NCBI GenBank assembly: GCA_048939995.1 | Contig: JBHLOY010000001.1 | Span: 430,449-494,448, forward strand | Source: Promethearchaeota archaeon | GTDB lineage: Archaea; Asgardarchaeota; Lokiarchaeia; Sigyniarchaeales; SOKP01 | Length of the DNA stretch: 64,000 nt | Reading direction: 5' to 3' | Part shown: in pieces, positions 50,056 to 59,822 of the stretch | How the letters are laid out: each line of letters opens with the position of its first letter | Position numbering within the stretch: position 1 is the stretch's first letter | The notes under the pieces: model-generated | Told to the model about the DNA's origin: nothing | What the model saw: the letters and a program-made list of their open reading frames with translations, nothing else | Database searches by the model: none | Translations under genes and position numbers: made by a program

Positions 50056-52302
50056 TTAATATATCGTATGAGTTTCACTCACATTAACTAATCTTGGTAG
50101 TATAATGCTTGAATTGTATTTAGGACCTACAAGTAATGTATTATTGGCAATATTATAATTCAAATAATTATAAGCTAATGGAGCTCCTGTATTTGGGTTA
50201 ATTCCATATCGCGGATAATTAGAACTAGAAATAGCTACACGTATTTTATGTCCTGGTGCAAAATAGTACGCAGTGGACCAGCAATCTATACTTAGTTCAT
50301 AGACATCTAATTGATTTCCTGACATAAACGTTTCAGATGTATAATTATAACGACTTCTTACTGTTAAAGACCCATCCGTAATTAACATAGAACGACCATC
50401 TGGATATACATCTGTTAATTTTATAGTAAAATCTGTATCAGTACAGTTAGAAGTTATCCATAGATGCCCCCATATTCTTCCAACAATTTCCACGGGTTCA
50501 ACTAATTCTTCTGTTTCGAATATTAAAACATCACTTCGCGATTCTATAGGTGTTTGATCCATAGGTCCAGCTAAATCGAACGGTTGATTCTGTCCTCCAA
50601 GATTAGGTACTGGATTTCGAGGATCAAATAAATAAGAAAAGTTGTAATTCACCGAACCCGCAGAAATATTACTTAACCCGCCATCTACATTGAAAAACCA
50701 TTCATCATCTAAATGATCTAAAGGCCAATCATAAGCATATCTCCAATAGTTCCATTTATCGGAAGGCTCAGTAACGGGCCCCATTAAATAATAGGCTACC
50801 CTTGCACTATTCCAGTTTGTTGGAATACCTAAAAGAGCTTCATCAAAAATTTCACGTTCCCAATTAAGAATCATATCGAAACCATTTGAATTTTCAGGAT
50901 AAGTTAATTCCCCTTGCATACCTCCATATATTGAACCATGAGTCCATGGTCCCATAATTAACTTCTGATGTCCATTGGCTCTGGCTTTTCCATAATCATC
51001 ATAACCAACATATCCATCCAATGTGCCTTGAAGAAAGTGATCATACCACCCTCCCACATGAATTCCATAAACAGAAATGTTAGAATAACGAGGACCAATT
51101 GGAATTGATAAAGAAGTCGAATTATACATTGTCTCATTCTTCGGCATAAACTCAAAAATTCTATTTATTTGATACAGCCAATTTTCTGGGGAAGTACTTT
51201 TTATCCATGTTTCAACTGAAGATTTATGATATGATCCTTGGTAAATAGCATGATCAAACAACTCAGGAGTTCCAAACCATAGTTGTTGAGCTAAAAGACC
51301 TTCAGGATCCATTCCAGCATAAAAATATTGATTTATGCAGAGAGCAGAAACTCCAGCACTAGCTATCTTTCCATTACACCATAATTGATTACGTATCCAA
51401 TTTATTGTATCAACACCATCATGATAAGATTCTATAAAGAGTAAAGATCTATCTCCCCCTTCAGAATCATGAGTGCCTCTGAGATCTTGAATAACAATAT
51501 GATAATCCTGAGTCAAATAGAAAGGGAGATATAAATCCTCTGCCCAACCAGACTTACCATATGGTGTTCTTATTAATATTACAGGTCTTGGGGCACCGAA
51601 TGATCCTGGTGCAAAATACACATCTGTGGCTAAATTAGTACCATCTCGCATAGGAATCATATATGTCTGTTTATCTTCCGGTTTATAAATAGCAGTGCCT
51701 AAAATTATTGTTAGAGGGAAAATCATCAGAAAAACCATTCCAAAATAGGTTAAAATTTTGGGCAGGTTTTCAATTTTTCTCTTCTTATACTTACTTATTA
51801 CCGAAGAGAGTGAAAGAGATGAAATTCTCTTACCATAATAGAAATATGCCAATATGCTTAATCCTACAGCTGCTAAAGCGTAATGGTTTGGGGTGCTAAA
51901 AGTATACCAAATAATTCCACTTATAGGGGCTAAAACACTAATTAAAGTTCCTATAACCTTTAATAAGGACAATTTTTTCTTTTCGCCAACCTGTTTGATA
52001 TAAGTTCCCGCTGTCATTAAAGAGTAAAAAGATATAAAAGCTGTAATTGCCAAGTATATCATGCCGAATAATACAATAAGAACTTGTTTTAAACCAAAAT
52101 ATATTACCTCGTTTCTTGAAAACAATTTTTCTCTTTCTAGAAGTTCTGCATCATAGTATTTAAAGTAATTACTGACGTAAGTACAGATATACAGTCCTCG
52201 ACAAATTAATAAGAGAGGTAAGTTAATAGTTATTATTTGTTCTAAAACTAAAACTTCGTATAAGTTAAGAAAATAGAAAATTGCAATTATCCAGTTAATC
52301 AT
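50056..52302 (-). CDS. CocE/NonD family hydrolase with N-terminal multi-TM domain
   Basis: IPMRDGTNLATD, RTPYG, QDLRG, GVSAL nucleophile region, GGWYD, GPWTH, SSSNYPR. Confidence 0.9.
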   Translation of the reverse strand: MINWIIAIFYFLNLYEVLVLEQIITINLPLLLICRGLYICTYVSNYFKYYDAELLEREKLFSRNEVIYFGLKQVLIVLFGMIYLAITAFISFYSLMTAGTYIKQVGEKKKLSLLKVIGTLISVLAPISGIIWYTFSTPNHYALAAVGLSILAYFYYGKRISSLSLSSVISKYKKRKIENLPKILTYFGMVFLMIFPLTIILGTAIYKPEDKQTYMIPMRDGTNLATDVYFAPGSFGAPRPVILIRTPYGKSGWAEDLYLPFYLTQDYHIVIQDLRGTHDSEGGDRSLLFIESYHDGVDTINWIRNQLWCNGKIASAGVSALCINQYFYAGMDPEGLLAQQLWFGTPELFDHAIYQGSYHKSSVETWIKSTSPENWLYQINRIFEFMPKNETMYNSTSLSIPIGPRYSNISVYGIHVGGWYDHFLQGTLDGYVGYDDYGKARANGHQKLIMGPWTHGSIYGGMQGELTYPENSNGFDMILNWEREIFDEALLGIPTNWNSARVAYYLMGPVTEPSDKWNYWRYAYDWPLDHLDDEWFFNVDGGLSNISAGSVNYNFSYLFDPRNPVPNLGGQNQPFDLAGPMDQTPIESRSDVLIFETEELVEPVEIVGRIWGHLWITSNCTDTDFTIKLTDVYPDGRSMLITDGSLTVRSRYNYTSETFMSGNQLDVYELSIDCWSTAYYFAPGHKIRVAISSSNYPRYGINPNTGAPLAYNYLNYNIANNTLLVGPKYNSSIILPRLVNVSETHTIY

Positions 52303-52448
52303 AATTAATTATTGTATTGTTATTCTTTATAAACACTACTCATTAAATATTTTTTTCAAAACTGGAAGTCATTAAAACATAGTTTAAAATCTATGAAAAA
52401 ATATTTATGGTTTGTAAGTTTCTTTTACCAAACAGTAATTTCTTATAG

Positions 52449-53129
52449 ATGTCAATTCTCAAGTACCAACTATTCGGAAAAAACTCAGTTGGAGTCTATC
52501 TTTCTGTTAATAACATATTTGGACTATACCCTTCCACATTATTAAATTTTGCAATTAAAAAAATTAAATCAGCTTTTAAAGAACCGTTTTTCCCTATATC
52601 CATTAATAATTCTACCCTTTTAGGAGTGTATCTTGCTAGTAACAAATATGGAATTGTTGTACCTCATATCGTTAGAGACGATGAGCTTAACAATTTAACC
52701 AAATTTGCCATAAATCTTAAAGATGATTACCAAATAGGGACAATAAAATCGATAGATAACGCTTTTGGAAATTTGATTTTATGTAATGATAAAGGTGCTA
52801 TTATTAGTTCCCTATTAAAAGATTTTAAACATGAAATAGAGAATATTTTAAATGTTGAAAGCGAAATTTTTGAATTTACAAACAATTATTTACCCGGATC
52901 AATTGGATTGGCTAATAATAATGGTTGCGTTGTACATCCATTGACCAATGACAAAGAGATAGAGCAAATTTCTTCAATCTTGAGGGTAAGTGAAGTAGAT
53001 GTATCCACAGTTAATAGGGGAATTCCATATTTGTCATCAGGAGCTACAGTGAATGATTATAGTGGTATTTTTGGATTAGCTTGCACTGGACCAGAATTGA
53101 TGCGTATGACAGATATTCTGGGGCTCTAG
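52449..53129 (+). CDS. eif6: Translation initiation factor 6 (aIF6)
   Basis: GNLILCNDKGA, NNNGCVVHP, TVNRGIPY, TGPELMR. Confidence 0.95.
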   Translation: MSILKYQLFGKNSVGVYLSVNNIFGLYPSTLLNFAIKKIKSAFKEPFFPISINNSTLLGVYLASNKYGIVVPHIVRDDELNNLTKFAINLKDDYQIGTIKSIDNAFGNLILCNDKGAIISSLLKDFKHEIENILNVESEIFEFTNNYLPGSIGLANNNGCVVHPLTNDKEIEQISSILRVSEVDVSTVNRGIPYLSSGATVNDYSGIFGLACTGPELMRMTDILGL

Positions 53130-53138
53130 GCCCCAGAA
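53116..53138 (+). other. GC-rich RNA hairpin with the eIF6 stop codon at its loop
   Basis: TTCTGGGGC-TCTAG-GCCCCAGAA perfect 9-bp inverted repeat. Confidence 0.55.
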
Positions 53139-53289
53139 AGGTTAATTTTTGACTATTAATAGTTATTAGCTATTAAAAATTCGCGAGTTATTAAGAGGCA
53201 ATTTCTCTTAATTATTCAAAAAGCAAAAATTTAATATTTTCAAAATAATTTTTACCATTAATCTCGTTAATATTTGGGTTTAAAATTTC

Positions 53290-53517
53290 ATGTCAGAGAT
53301 TAAAATTTATCGAATTATTGGCACTTATTATAAATATCATAAGAAATATTTGTTTCGAAAAGAAGTTCGAGCATTAAAAGAGGAGGATGCTCTCGAAAAA
53401 GCCTTAAGTCAAATTACTTCTATAGGGATTCTTAGAAGACAAATAAAAATCAATGAGATAAAAGAGATTCCTCCAGAAGAAGCACAAGATTACCTTATTC
53501 GTGAATTATCTCAATAA
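53290..53517 (+). CDS. rpl18a: 50S ribosomal protein LX (eL20/L18ae)
   Basis: KIYRIIG...FRKEVRALKEEDALEK...RRQIKINEIKEI; conserved synteny after eIF6. Confidence 0.9.
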   Translation: MSEIKIYRIIGTYYKYHKKYLFRKEVRALKEEDALEKALSQITSIGILRRQIKINEIKEIPPEEAQDYLIRELSQ

Positions 53518-53540
53518 ATTATTATAAATGGTTTAATCAA

Positions 53541-53963
53541 ATGGAAAGTAATCAGAATTTAGAAAATCAATTATATCAATTTAGGCTTATTAAAGAACAA
53601 CGTGAAATGTTCCAAGGTCAACTGGAAATCATTAATGCTTCATTAGGGAACTTATTAAATACAAAAAATACCCTTCAAAATATTAAAGAGGGTGTAAAAG
53701 AAAATGATGAAATGATTATTCCAATAGGAGGTTTAGTTGGAATAAAAGCTTCAATTCAAGACACCGAAAAAACTCTCTTATTTATTGGAAATGACAGTGT
53801 AATCGAAAAAGATATCGATGATTCTATTACATTTATTGAAAAATTAATTGAGCAACATAATGAACAAATAAAGACATTGACAGAAAGAATTCAAAAATTA
53901 GATTTTACTATTCAGGGAATGAGCCAATCCATTCAAGAGAGTTATTCAGGGAGGAGAGGTTAA
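53541..53963 (+). CDS. pfdA: Prefoldin alpha subunit
   Basis: Coiled coil-IIPIGG...IGNDSVIEK-coiled coil; synteny. Confidence 0.9.
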   Translation: MESNQNLENQLYQFRLIKEQREMFQGQLEIINASLGNLLNTKNTLQNIKEGVKENDEMIIPIGGLVGIKASIQDTEKTLLFIGNDSVIEKDIDDSITFIEKLIEQHNEQIKTLTERIQKLDFTIQGMSQSIQESYSGRRG

Positions 53964-54009
53964 TAAACATTAATTATGCCTTCTAATGTATATTTAAGTG
54001 AACATACCG

Positions 54010-54915
54010 ATGCTTGAACAATTAAAGAATGCATTTTCTAGTTTTATAAAGAAATCCTTATCTGATGAGAAAATTGATGATACTCTAAATGAGTTAAAAT
54101 TACTTCTCATAAGTAATGATGTTGCAGCTGAAACTGCTAATGAATTATGTAATAGTATTAAGAACTCGTTAAGCGGAGAACAAATCGGAAGATTCTCTTC
54201 AAAAAAGAAATATCTATTTGAAGTATTGAAGAATGTGATCACAGATGTATTGACTCCCGACCAAGATATCAATCTTCTAGACGAAATTAAGAACAGTGTA
54301 GAAAAAAATTTGCCTTATATAATAGTTTTTCTTGGTGTTAATGGAACTGGAAAAACTACGACTATTGCAAAAATAGCCTATTATTTAAAAAGGAATAATA
54401 TATCTTCTGTTGCTGCTGCTGCAGATACTTTTCGAGCGGCGGCTATAGAACAATTAATCTATCATATGGATAAAGTCGGAATTAGAGTTATTAAACATAA
54501 TTACAAATCTGATCCTGCAAGTGTTGCGTTTGATGCAATTCAGCATGCTATAGCGAAAGGAGTTAATGTAGTATTAATAGATACTGCTGGAAGGCAAGTT
54601 AGTAATAAAAACTTAATGACAGAAATGCAAAAAATTGTTAGAATTGCTCAACCAAACTTAATCGTTTTTGTAGGGGATAGCTTGGCTGGAAATGATGCTC
54701 TAATTCAAGCTAAAGAATTTAAAAATAAAGTCGGAATAAATGCTAACATTTTGACTAAACTGGATGCAGATGCAAAAGGAGGAGCAGCATTATCTATAGC
54801 TTTTGAAACAAAGAAACCAATAATCTTTGTAGGAACAGGACAAAATTATGATGATTTAAAACCTTTTAAAAAAGAATTCTTTATCTCCAATATTCTGGAC
54901 TTAAATGAAAATTAA
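54010..54915 (+). CDS. ftsY: SRP receptor FtsY
   Basis: GVNGTGKTTT, DTFRAAA, DTAGR, TKLDADAKGG, GTGQ. Confidence 0.96.
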   Translation: MLEQLKNAFSSFIKKSLSDEKIDDTLNELKLLLISNDVAAETANELCNSIKNSLSGEQIGRFSSKKKYLFEVLKNVITDVLTPDQDINLLDEIKNSVEKNLPYIIVFLGVNGTGKTTTIAKIAYYLKRNNISSVAAAADTFRAAAIEQLIYHMDKVGIRVIKHNYKSDPASVAFDAIQHAIAKGVNVVLIDTAGRQVSNKNLMTEMQKIVRIAQPNLIVFVGDSLAGNDALIQAKEFKNKVGINANILTKLDADAKGGAALSIAFETKKPIIFVGTGQNYDDLKPFKKEFFISNILDLNEN

Positions 54916-54970
54916 GCAGAATATTTTCCATATTAGTTAACTTTTTTAAATATTTAGTTTTAATTTATTT

Positions 54971-55225
54971 GTGTCAAAACAATACCCTAAATATGATAAA
55001 TACGAAAAATTTGACAAAAAGAAGAAGCCTAGTTTATATGAACGATTTGGTATATTTTTTCGTAATGCTAAAAGAGTCCTAAAAGTAGCAAACAAGCCTG
55101 GACGAAAAGATTATTTTCTTGTATTCAAGATATGCCTTATTGGATTAGTGCTTTTAGGTGCTGTCTCATGGGTAATTCAATTAATTTTTACGCTTGTTAA
55201 CGATGCGCTAGGAATTGGAAGCTAG
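54971..55225 (+). CDS. secE: Protein translocase SecE/Sec61-gamma
   Basis: RVLKVANKPGRKDY followed by a C-terminal TM helix. Confidence 0.9.
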   Translation: MSKQYPKYDKYEKFDKKKKPSLYERFGIFFRNAKRVLKVANKPGRKDYFLVFKICLIGLVLLGAVSWVIQLIFTLVNDALGIGS

Positions 55226-55232
55226 GAATTGG
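55207..55232 (+). repeat. 12-bp direct repeat GCTAGGAATTGG x2 across the secE stop
   Basis: Copies at 55207-55218 and 55221-55232. Confidence 0.6.
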
Positions 55233-55266
55233 CAACGTTTAATATTTTTATCTCTTTTTCATAATT

Positions 55267-55689
55267 ATGCAAGTAAAATTAAATCATCAAGAAAATCTCC
55301 ACTTTAAAGCATCAGTTAGAAATTTTGAAAATTTTGATCTAGATGAGCCGAAATCTTTTCATGGTACAGATTTTGGACCTAGTCCTGTTGAATATCTATT
55401 AATTGGGATTGGAGGGTGCCTTGGAAGTTCTTTTATGTATTGTTTAATCAAGAATGCAATTAAGATCACGAATTTGGAAATAGTTATAGAGGGGAAAATA
55501 AAGCATGTTAGTCCAAGTTTAAGATTGAAGTTGGTGGGAGTTGATATTAAAATTTTATATGGATTAGAAGATAAATCGTTTAAAGAGAAAACTATGAGAT
55601 GTATAAATGAATTTAAGCAACATTGTGTGGTTTCAGATTCTCTAATAAATGGTATCTCATTAAATATTGATTGTAAAGAATTATTTTAA
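55267..55689 (+). CDS. OsmC-family protein
   Basis: DEP...GPSPVEYLL...GGC...CVVSDSL. Confidence 0.88.
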   Translation: MQVKLNHQENLHFKASVRNFENFDLDEPKSFHGTDFGPSPVEYLLIGIGGCLGSSFMYCLIKNAIKITNLEIVIEGKIKHVSPSLRLKLVGVDIKILYGLEDKSFKEKTMRCINEFKQHCVVSDSLINGISLNIDCKELF

Positions 55690-55697
55690 GGATAAAT

Positions 55698-56925
55698 CTA
55701 AAATTGATAAATAATTATTTGATCTGGAATTATCAATTCTTCTTCTTTGTTTTTACAAGCGATAAATTTTATTTTCATTTTTAATGCTTCCGAAAGAAGA
55801 CGTTTGGTTAAGATCCCATCAATAATTAAATATTCAGTTTTATTATATTTTATAATCTCTTCAAATAATTCTTTGACAGGGATTTCAAATAATTTTTCTA
55901 GTTTATTGTTATATCCTATGCTATAATCGGGTGGAATTGTATCTAGGGCATCAATAATTATATTTTGGTTTTTAATTTTAAGCTTTTTAAGGAGTTTAGT
56001 AATCAAGGTTTCTGCAGGTTTTTTTTCCTTAGCTGAGGGGATTGTTTCTGATTTCTCTAAAGGTTCTGTTGTAGATCTTTTATTTTGAAGGGACTTTATC
56101 AATTGCTTCCTTGTTAATTCTTCTACTTCATAACCCTCAGGTGCTCGAGCAATAAAATCAACTTTTACTAGTTGCATTAATTCTTTTATAATTAGTTCAC
56201 CCCCACGATCTCCATCAGAGAAGATAATTATTGACTTTTTTTGTTTTGCTAAGTCTATTACAGATTTTGGGATATGAGTTCCTTGAACCGCTATACTATT
56301 TTTTATACCTATTCTTAATAAGTTTAGTACGTCTGCACGGCCCTCTACAATGATAAGTTCGTCGTTGCTATCGACTTCTGGTCCTGCAGGTAGTCCTTCA
56401 GGCCCCCATTTTATTATTTCGCCAAGTTTAATATCTGTATCTATCTTTTCTTCAATTTCACTAGGTTCGAGCGATTTTTGATCCCATTCTTTTAATAATT
56501 CTGCTGCTCGTTCAATAATTTTTTTGCGTTTGGTTTCTCTTACATCTCTAATTTCAATTAGTTTGATTTGGGCTTCACATGGTCCTACGCGAGTAACAGT
56601 TTCAACTGTCGCCGCCAATAATGCTGTCTCCTTTCTAGTTAATGAGGATGGAATTTTAATAATGCCTATTGAAAGGCCCTCTTTGGATTCATTTTCTACT
56701 TCAATCCTTCCAATTCGTCCTGATTTTTGAAGATCTCTTAAATCAAGATCTAAAAGGAGACCCTCGGTTTAGCCGATTGAGCCGAACTGGCTTTTTTTAT
56801 CTTTGACCAAATATGGCGCCGACTATATCGCTCTTTTCAACCACTCCTTTAATTTCAAATTTAGCTTCAATAATATATTTTGTAGTAAAATCTACTTGAT
56901 TATTGGTAATCTTGATCACTTCCAT
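55698..56925 (-). CDS. dnaG: Archaeal DnaG (TOPRIM; exosome-associated), two exons: 56925-56803 and 56768-55698, 397 aa spliced
   Basis: Exon 1 ...KYIIEAKFEIKGVVEKSDIVGAIFGQ; exon 2 TEGLLLDLDLRDLQKSGRIGRIEV...VEGRADV...DGDRGG. The ORF track shows only a 306-aa fragment. Confidence 0.92.
56769..56802 (-). other. 34-nt BHB-type intron in dnaG mRNA
   Basis: RNA: GGUC AA|A GAU...AUC GGCU AA|A. 4-bp central helix, two 3-nt bulges, intron-side helix GAU/AUC. Removal restores frame and motif. Confidence 0.85.
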
Positions 56926-57387
56926 ATTTTATTATTAAATTTTATTAAATTCTGATGAGATAATTATGATTTTAAACAATATCAAAAATTTTAAATCGAT
57001 TTAGTTTTACTTAATAGCTTTTTAATGAGAAATCATCAAAAAATAAATGATCATATTAATTAAATAATTCTTTCAATATATTTTTTGCTGAGTGATAACA
57101 TCCTCATAGGATGTAATTTCTTAAATTAAAACTTTAAAACTTTATTGATGAGTTTTTATTGGAATAATAATCTTTTGAAAAGAATTTCAAAGATAAATAA
57201 AAAAAAGATTAAGTTCAGATTGATCACTTCAGTTGGTCGTTTTTATTTCTACTTCGAAAAAAAAAATTCTGATTTTAATGGAAAAATTATTTTTTTTCCT
57301 AAAGAATTCTAAACTATAAATTTGTGAGAATTAAAATTCTAACAATAATATTACTTAATTGCCTTCATTATTTTAGAGGATTTAAGA

Positions 57388-58416
57388 ATGATTGAGAAAA
57401 TTATTGTGTTTGGAGGCAAAGGTGGGGTTGGAAAAAGTTCAATTAGCGCAGCAACTGCTGTTAGACTATCAGAATTACTCCCTGGAAAAAGAATTTTATT
57501 AATTTCATTTGATATAGCTCATAATCTATCGGATATTTTTGGAACGTCTATAAATAGTGAAATATCCCCAATTACGGCTAACTTGTGGGCGATTGAACCG
57601 GATCCAGATCTGTATGCTGAAGTATATACAAAGGATTTAGTAGAAAAAATGAAAACTTTGACAAAGCAAATGCCCATAATTGGAAGTTTACCCCAGATTG
57701 ATAAGTTTATTAATACAACTTTTACGTCTGATTCCATCCCACTAGCTTTAAAAAATGCAATGTTTTTCCAGAAATTACTAGATGCTGAAGATATCAATAC
57801 TCAAGACATCCATTTTGATATTATTGTAGCGGATTTTCCTCCTACAGGAAATATGGTTGCCCTTTTTGAAATTCCTGAAGATCAAGTAAAAGTTGTTCTT
57901 AAATATTCTTTAAATTTTTATAATTCAATCAAGAGCGCAATTAGGAATCTGTCGAAAATGTTTAGACAAATAATTAAACCATTTGATAATGGGACTTATG
58001 AAATGAGAAGGGAATTGGGAAAAGATATATTCAATATGATTGTAGAACTTGAAAAAAGAGGAGAGAGAATAAGTGAATTAATTCATAAAGTAGGATCCTT
58101 AAGATTAGTAACAATTGCAGAGCGTCCTAGTTTTGAAGAAGTAAAAAGAGCACGCGATTTGACCAAAAGATATATTTCCCTCCATGCAGTTCATATAAAT
58201 ATGATTACCCCTAAAGCGAAACGATGTGAATTTTGTAATATATTACGAGAAAATCAGCTAAAATTTATCGCAGAAATTAAAGAAGAATTTAAAAATATAA
58301 AAATTTGGGAATCAAATCGTCTTATTGAGGAACCAATTGGAATAGAAGGAATTAAAAAGTTAGCAGTAGAAATATATGGATCTGCCATAGCAGATGATAT
58401 ACTAAATCCAATTTAA
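57388..58416 (+). CDS. ArsA/GET3(TRC40)-family ATPase
   Basis: GGKGGVGKSS, SFDIAHNLSD, DFPPTG, C-terminal CEFC, EEPIG. Confidence 0.88.
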   Translation: MIEKIIVFGGKGGVGKSSISAATAVRLSELLPGKRILLISFDIAHNLSDIFGTSINSEISPITANLWAIEPDPDLYAEVYTKDLVEKMKTLTKQMPIIGSLPQIDKFINTTFTSDSIPLALKNAMFFQKLLDAEDINTQDIHFDIIVADFPPTGNMVALFEIPEDQVKVVLKYSLNFYNSIKSAIRNLSKMFRQIIKPFDNGTYEMRRELGKDIFNMIVELEKRGERISELIHKVGSLRLVTIAERPSFEEVKRARDLTKRYISLHAVHINMITPKAKRCEFCNILRENQLKFIAEIKEEFKNIKIWESNRLIEEPIGIEGIKKLAVEIYGSAIADDILNPI

Positions 58417-58584
58417 AGAGGAAAAAAATTAATAATAAAATTTTTTTTAGCGTATTATAAGGCAATAAGTATTGAAGATATGTTAAACAACATCCATAAA
58501 GGAAGTTAGAAATTTTTAAGCCCCTTTTTTTATTATATGAAGCTTTCATTATAACTTAAGTAATTATAAAAAACGCTTCTAATA

Positions 58585-59427
58585 ATGCCAAAAAATAAAT
58601 TTGGAATTTATATTGCTAATTATGGTATAACTAATGATCCTCAAGATTATATTGATTTAGCAATTTTAGGTGAGAATAATGGGTGGGATGGGTTTTTCTT
58701 ATGGGATCATATCTTTTTATCCTCCAATAAAACGCAACCATTTTTAGATCCATGGATTATTTTATCAGTAGTTGCAGTAAAAACAAAAAGAATTAAATTA
58801 GGAACAACAGTCACTCCTTTAGCAAGAAGAAGACCATGGATAGTTGCAAAAGAAGTAAGTACTCTTGATCAATTATCAAAAGGAAGAATGATTTTAGGAG
58901 TTGGTTTAGGAATTGATTCAGACTTTGGTGATTTTGGAGAAAATACTGATCGATTAATCAGGAGTGAAAAACTGGATGAATCTTTGCATATTTTAAAAGG
59001 TTTATGGGCTAATAAGCCCTTTAGATTTAAAGGAAAGCATTTTAATATTAAAGAAGTAGAATTCTTTCCAAAACCTTTTCAAAACACTATTCCGATTTGG
59101 GTTGGTGGGACTTGGCCCATTAAGAAACCTTTTCAGAGGGCAGCCCAATATGATGGTGTATTTCCACTTAAATCAGGTGAAGACTCTTTATCCCCTATTG
59201 ATTACAGAGAAATTATAAAATACATAAATAAATATAGGAGTTCCTCTGATTCTTATGATATTATTAAATCTATTTACTCAACAGGTATAAAAGAAGAAGA
59301 TGAATGGATTAATGATTATCTCAATGTGGGGATAAGTTGGTTTGTTGAAGCAATATGGCCTGGACGTGATTCATCATTAGACAATATTAAAAAAATTATA
59401 TCTCGAGGACCACCTCTAATTAATTGA
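58585..59427 (+). CDS. LLM-class flavin/F420-dependent oxidoreductase
   Basis: GWDGFFLWDH, LDPWI, TLDQLSKGR, PIWVGG. Confidence 0.9.
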   Translation: MPKNKFGIYIANYGITNDPQDYIDLAILGENNGWDGFFLWDHIFLSSNKTQPFLDPWIILSVVAVKTKRIKLGTTVTPLARRRPWIVAKEVSTLDQLSKGRMILGVGLGIDSDFGDFGENTDRLIRSEKLDESLHILKGLWANKPFRFKGKHFNIKEVEFFPKPFQNTIPIWVGGTWPIKKPFQRAAQYDGVFPLKSGEDSLSPIDYREIIKYINKYRSSSDSYDIIKSIYSTGIKEEDEWINDYLNVGISWFVEAIWPGRDSSLDNIKKIISRGPPLIN

Positions 59428-59802
59428 ATTTATAAATTCAGCGAATTTATTAAGAAATCTAATTTTAAATCCTTCAATAAAACTAGTATTTCTGAAGTTG
59501 AGGATAAAAAAGTAAATATTTTTGAATCTATCGCAAAACCCAAGAAAATAACAGAAGAAGAAGCATCAATTTCCAAAGAAAAAAAAATATTTTTGGTTTG
59601 CAAGAGCAAGATTCTGGGTTTTACTTTTATCTGTCGAGATTGTGAATCTTTTTACTGCGAAAAATGTTATCAAGCTCTAATACAACTTGAAAATGCGTGT
59701 TGGGCTTGTGATAAACCGTTTGATACATCCAAACCTTCAGTACCATTTAAAAAAGAAGAAGATATTAAAGAAGAAATAGAAACTATAAAACAAAAGAAAT
59801 AG
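59428..59802 (+). pseudogene. Remnant C-terminal RING-like Cys domain of a lokiarchaeal protein
   Basis: KITEEEASISKEKKIFLVC...ICRDCESFYCEKC...ACWAC. No good start; the first expected Cys appears as Phe. Confidence 0.55.
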
Positions 59803-59822
59803 AAGAAAAAATGAAAGAGGGG

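Noticed and set aside
56769-56802. dnaG break as a sequencing frameshift or programmed slippage at the A7 run
   Set aside because: A single-base fix would leave about 11 extra residues inside an invariant motif; exact 34-nt removal at BHB cut sites restores it perfectly.
56926-57387. C/D-box sRNA or replication origin in the dnaG-arsA gap (hairpin ACATCCT-CAT-AGGATGT)
   Set aside because: No properly spaced C and D boxes, no ORB-like repeats and no cdc6 nearby.
59425-59427. Selenocysteine UGA
   Set aside because: Falls at the natural end of the LLM domain, not at a Cys-homologous site; no SECIS recognised.
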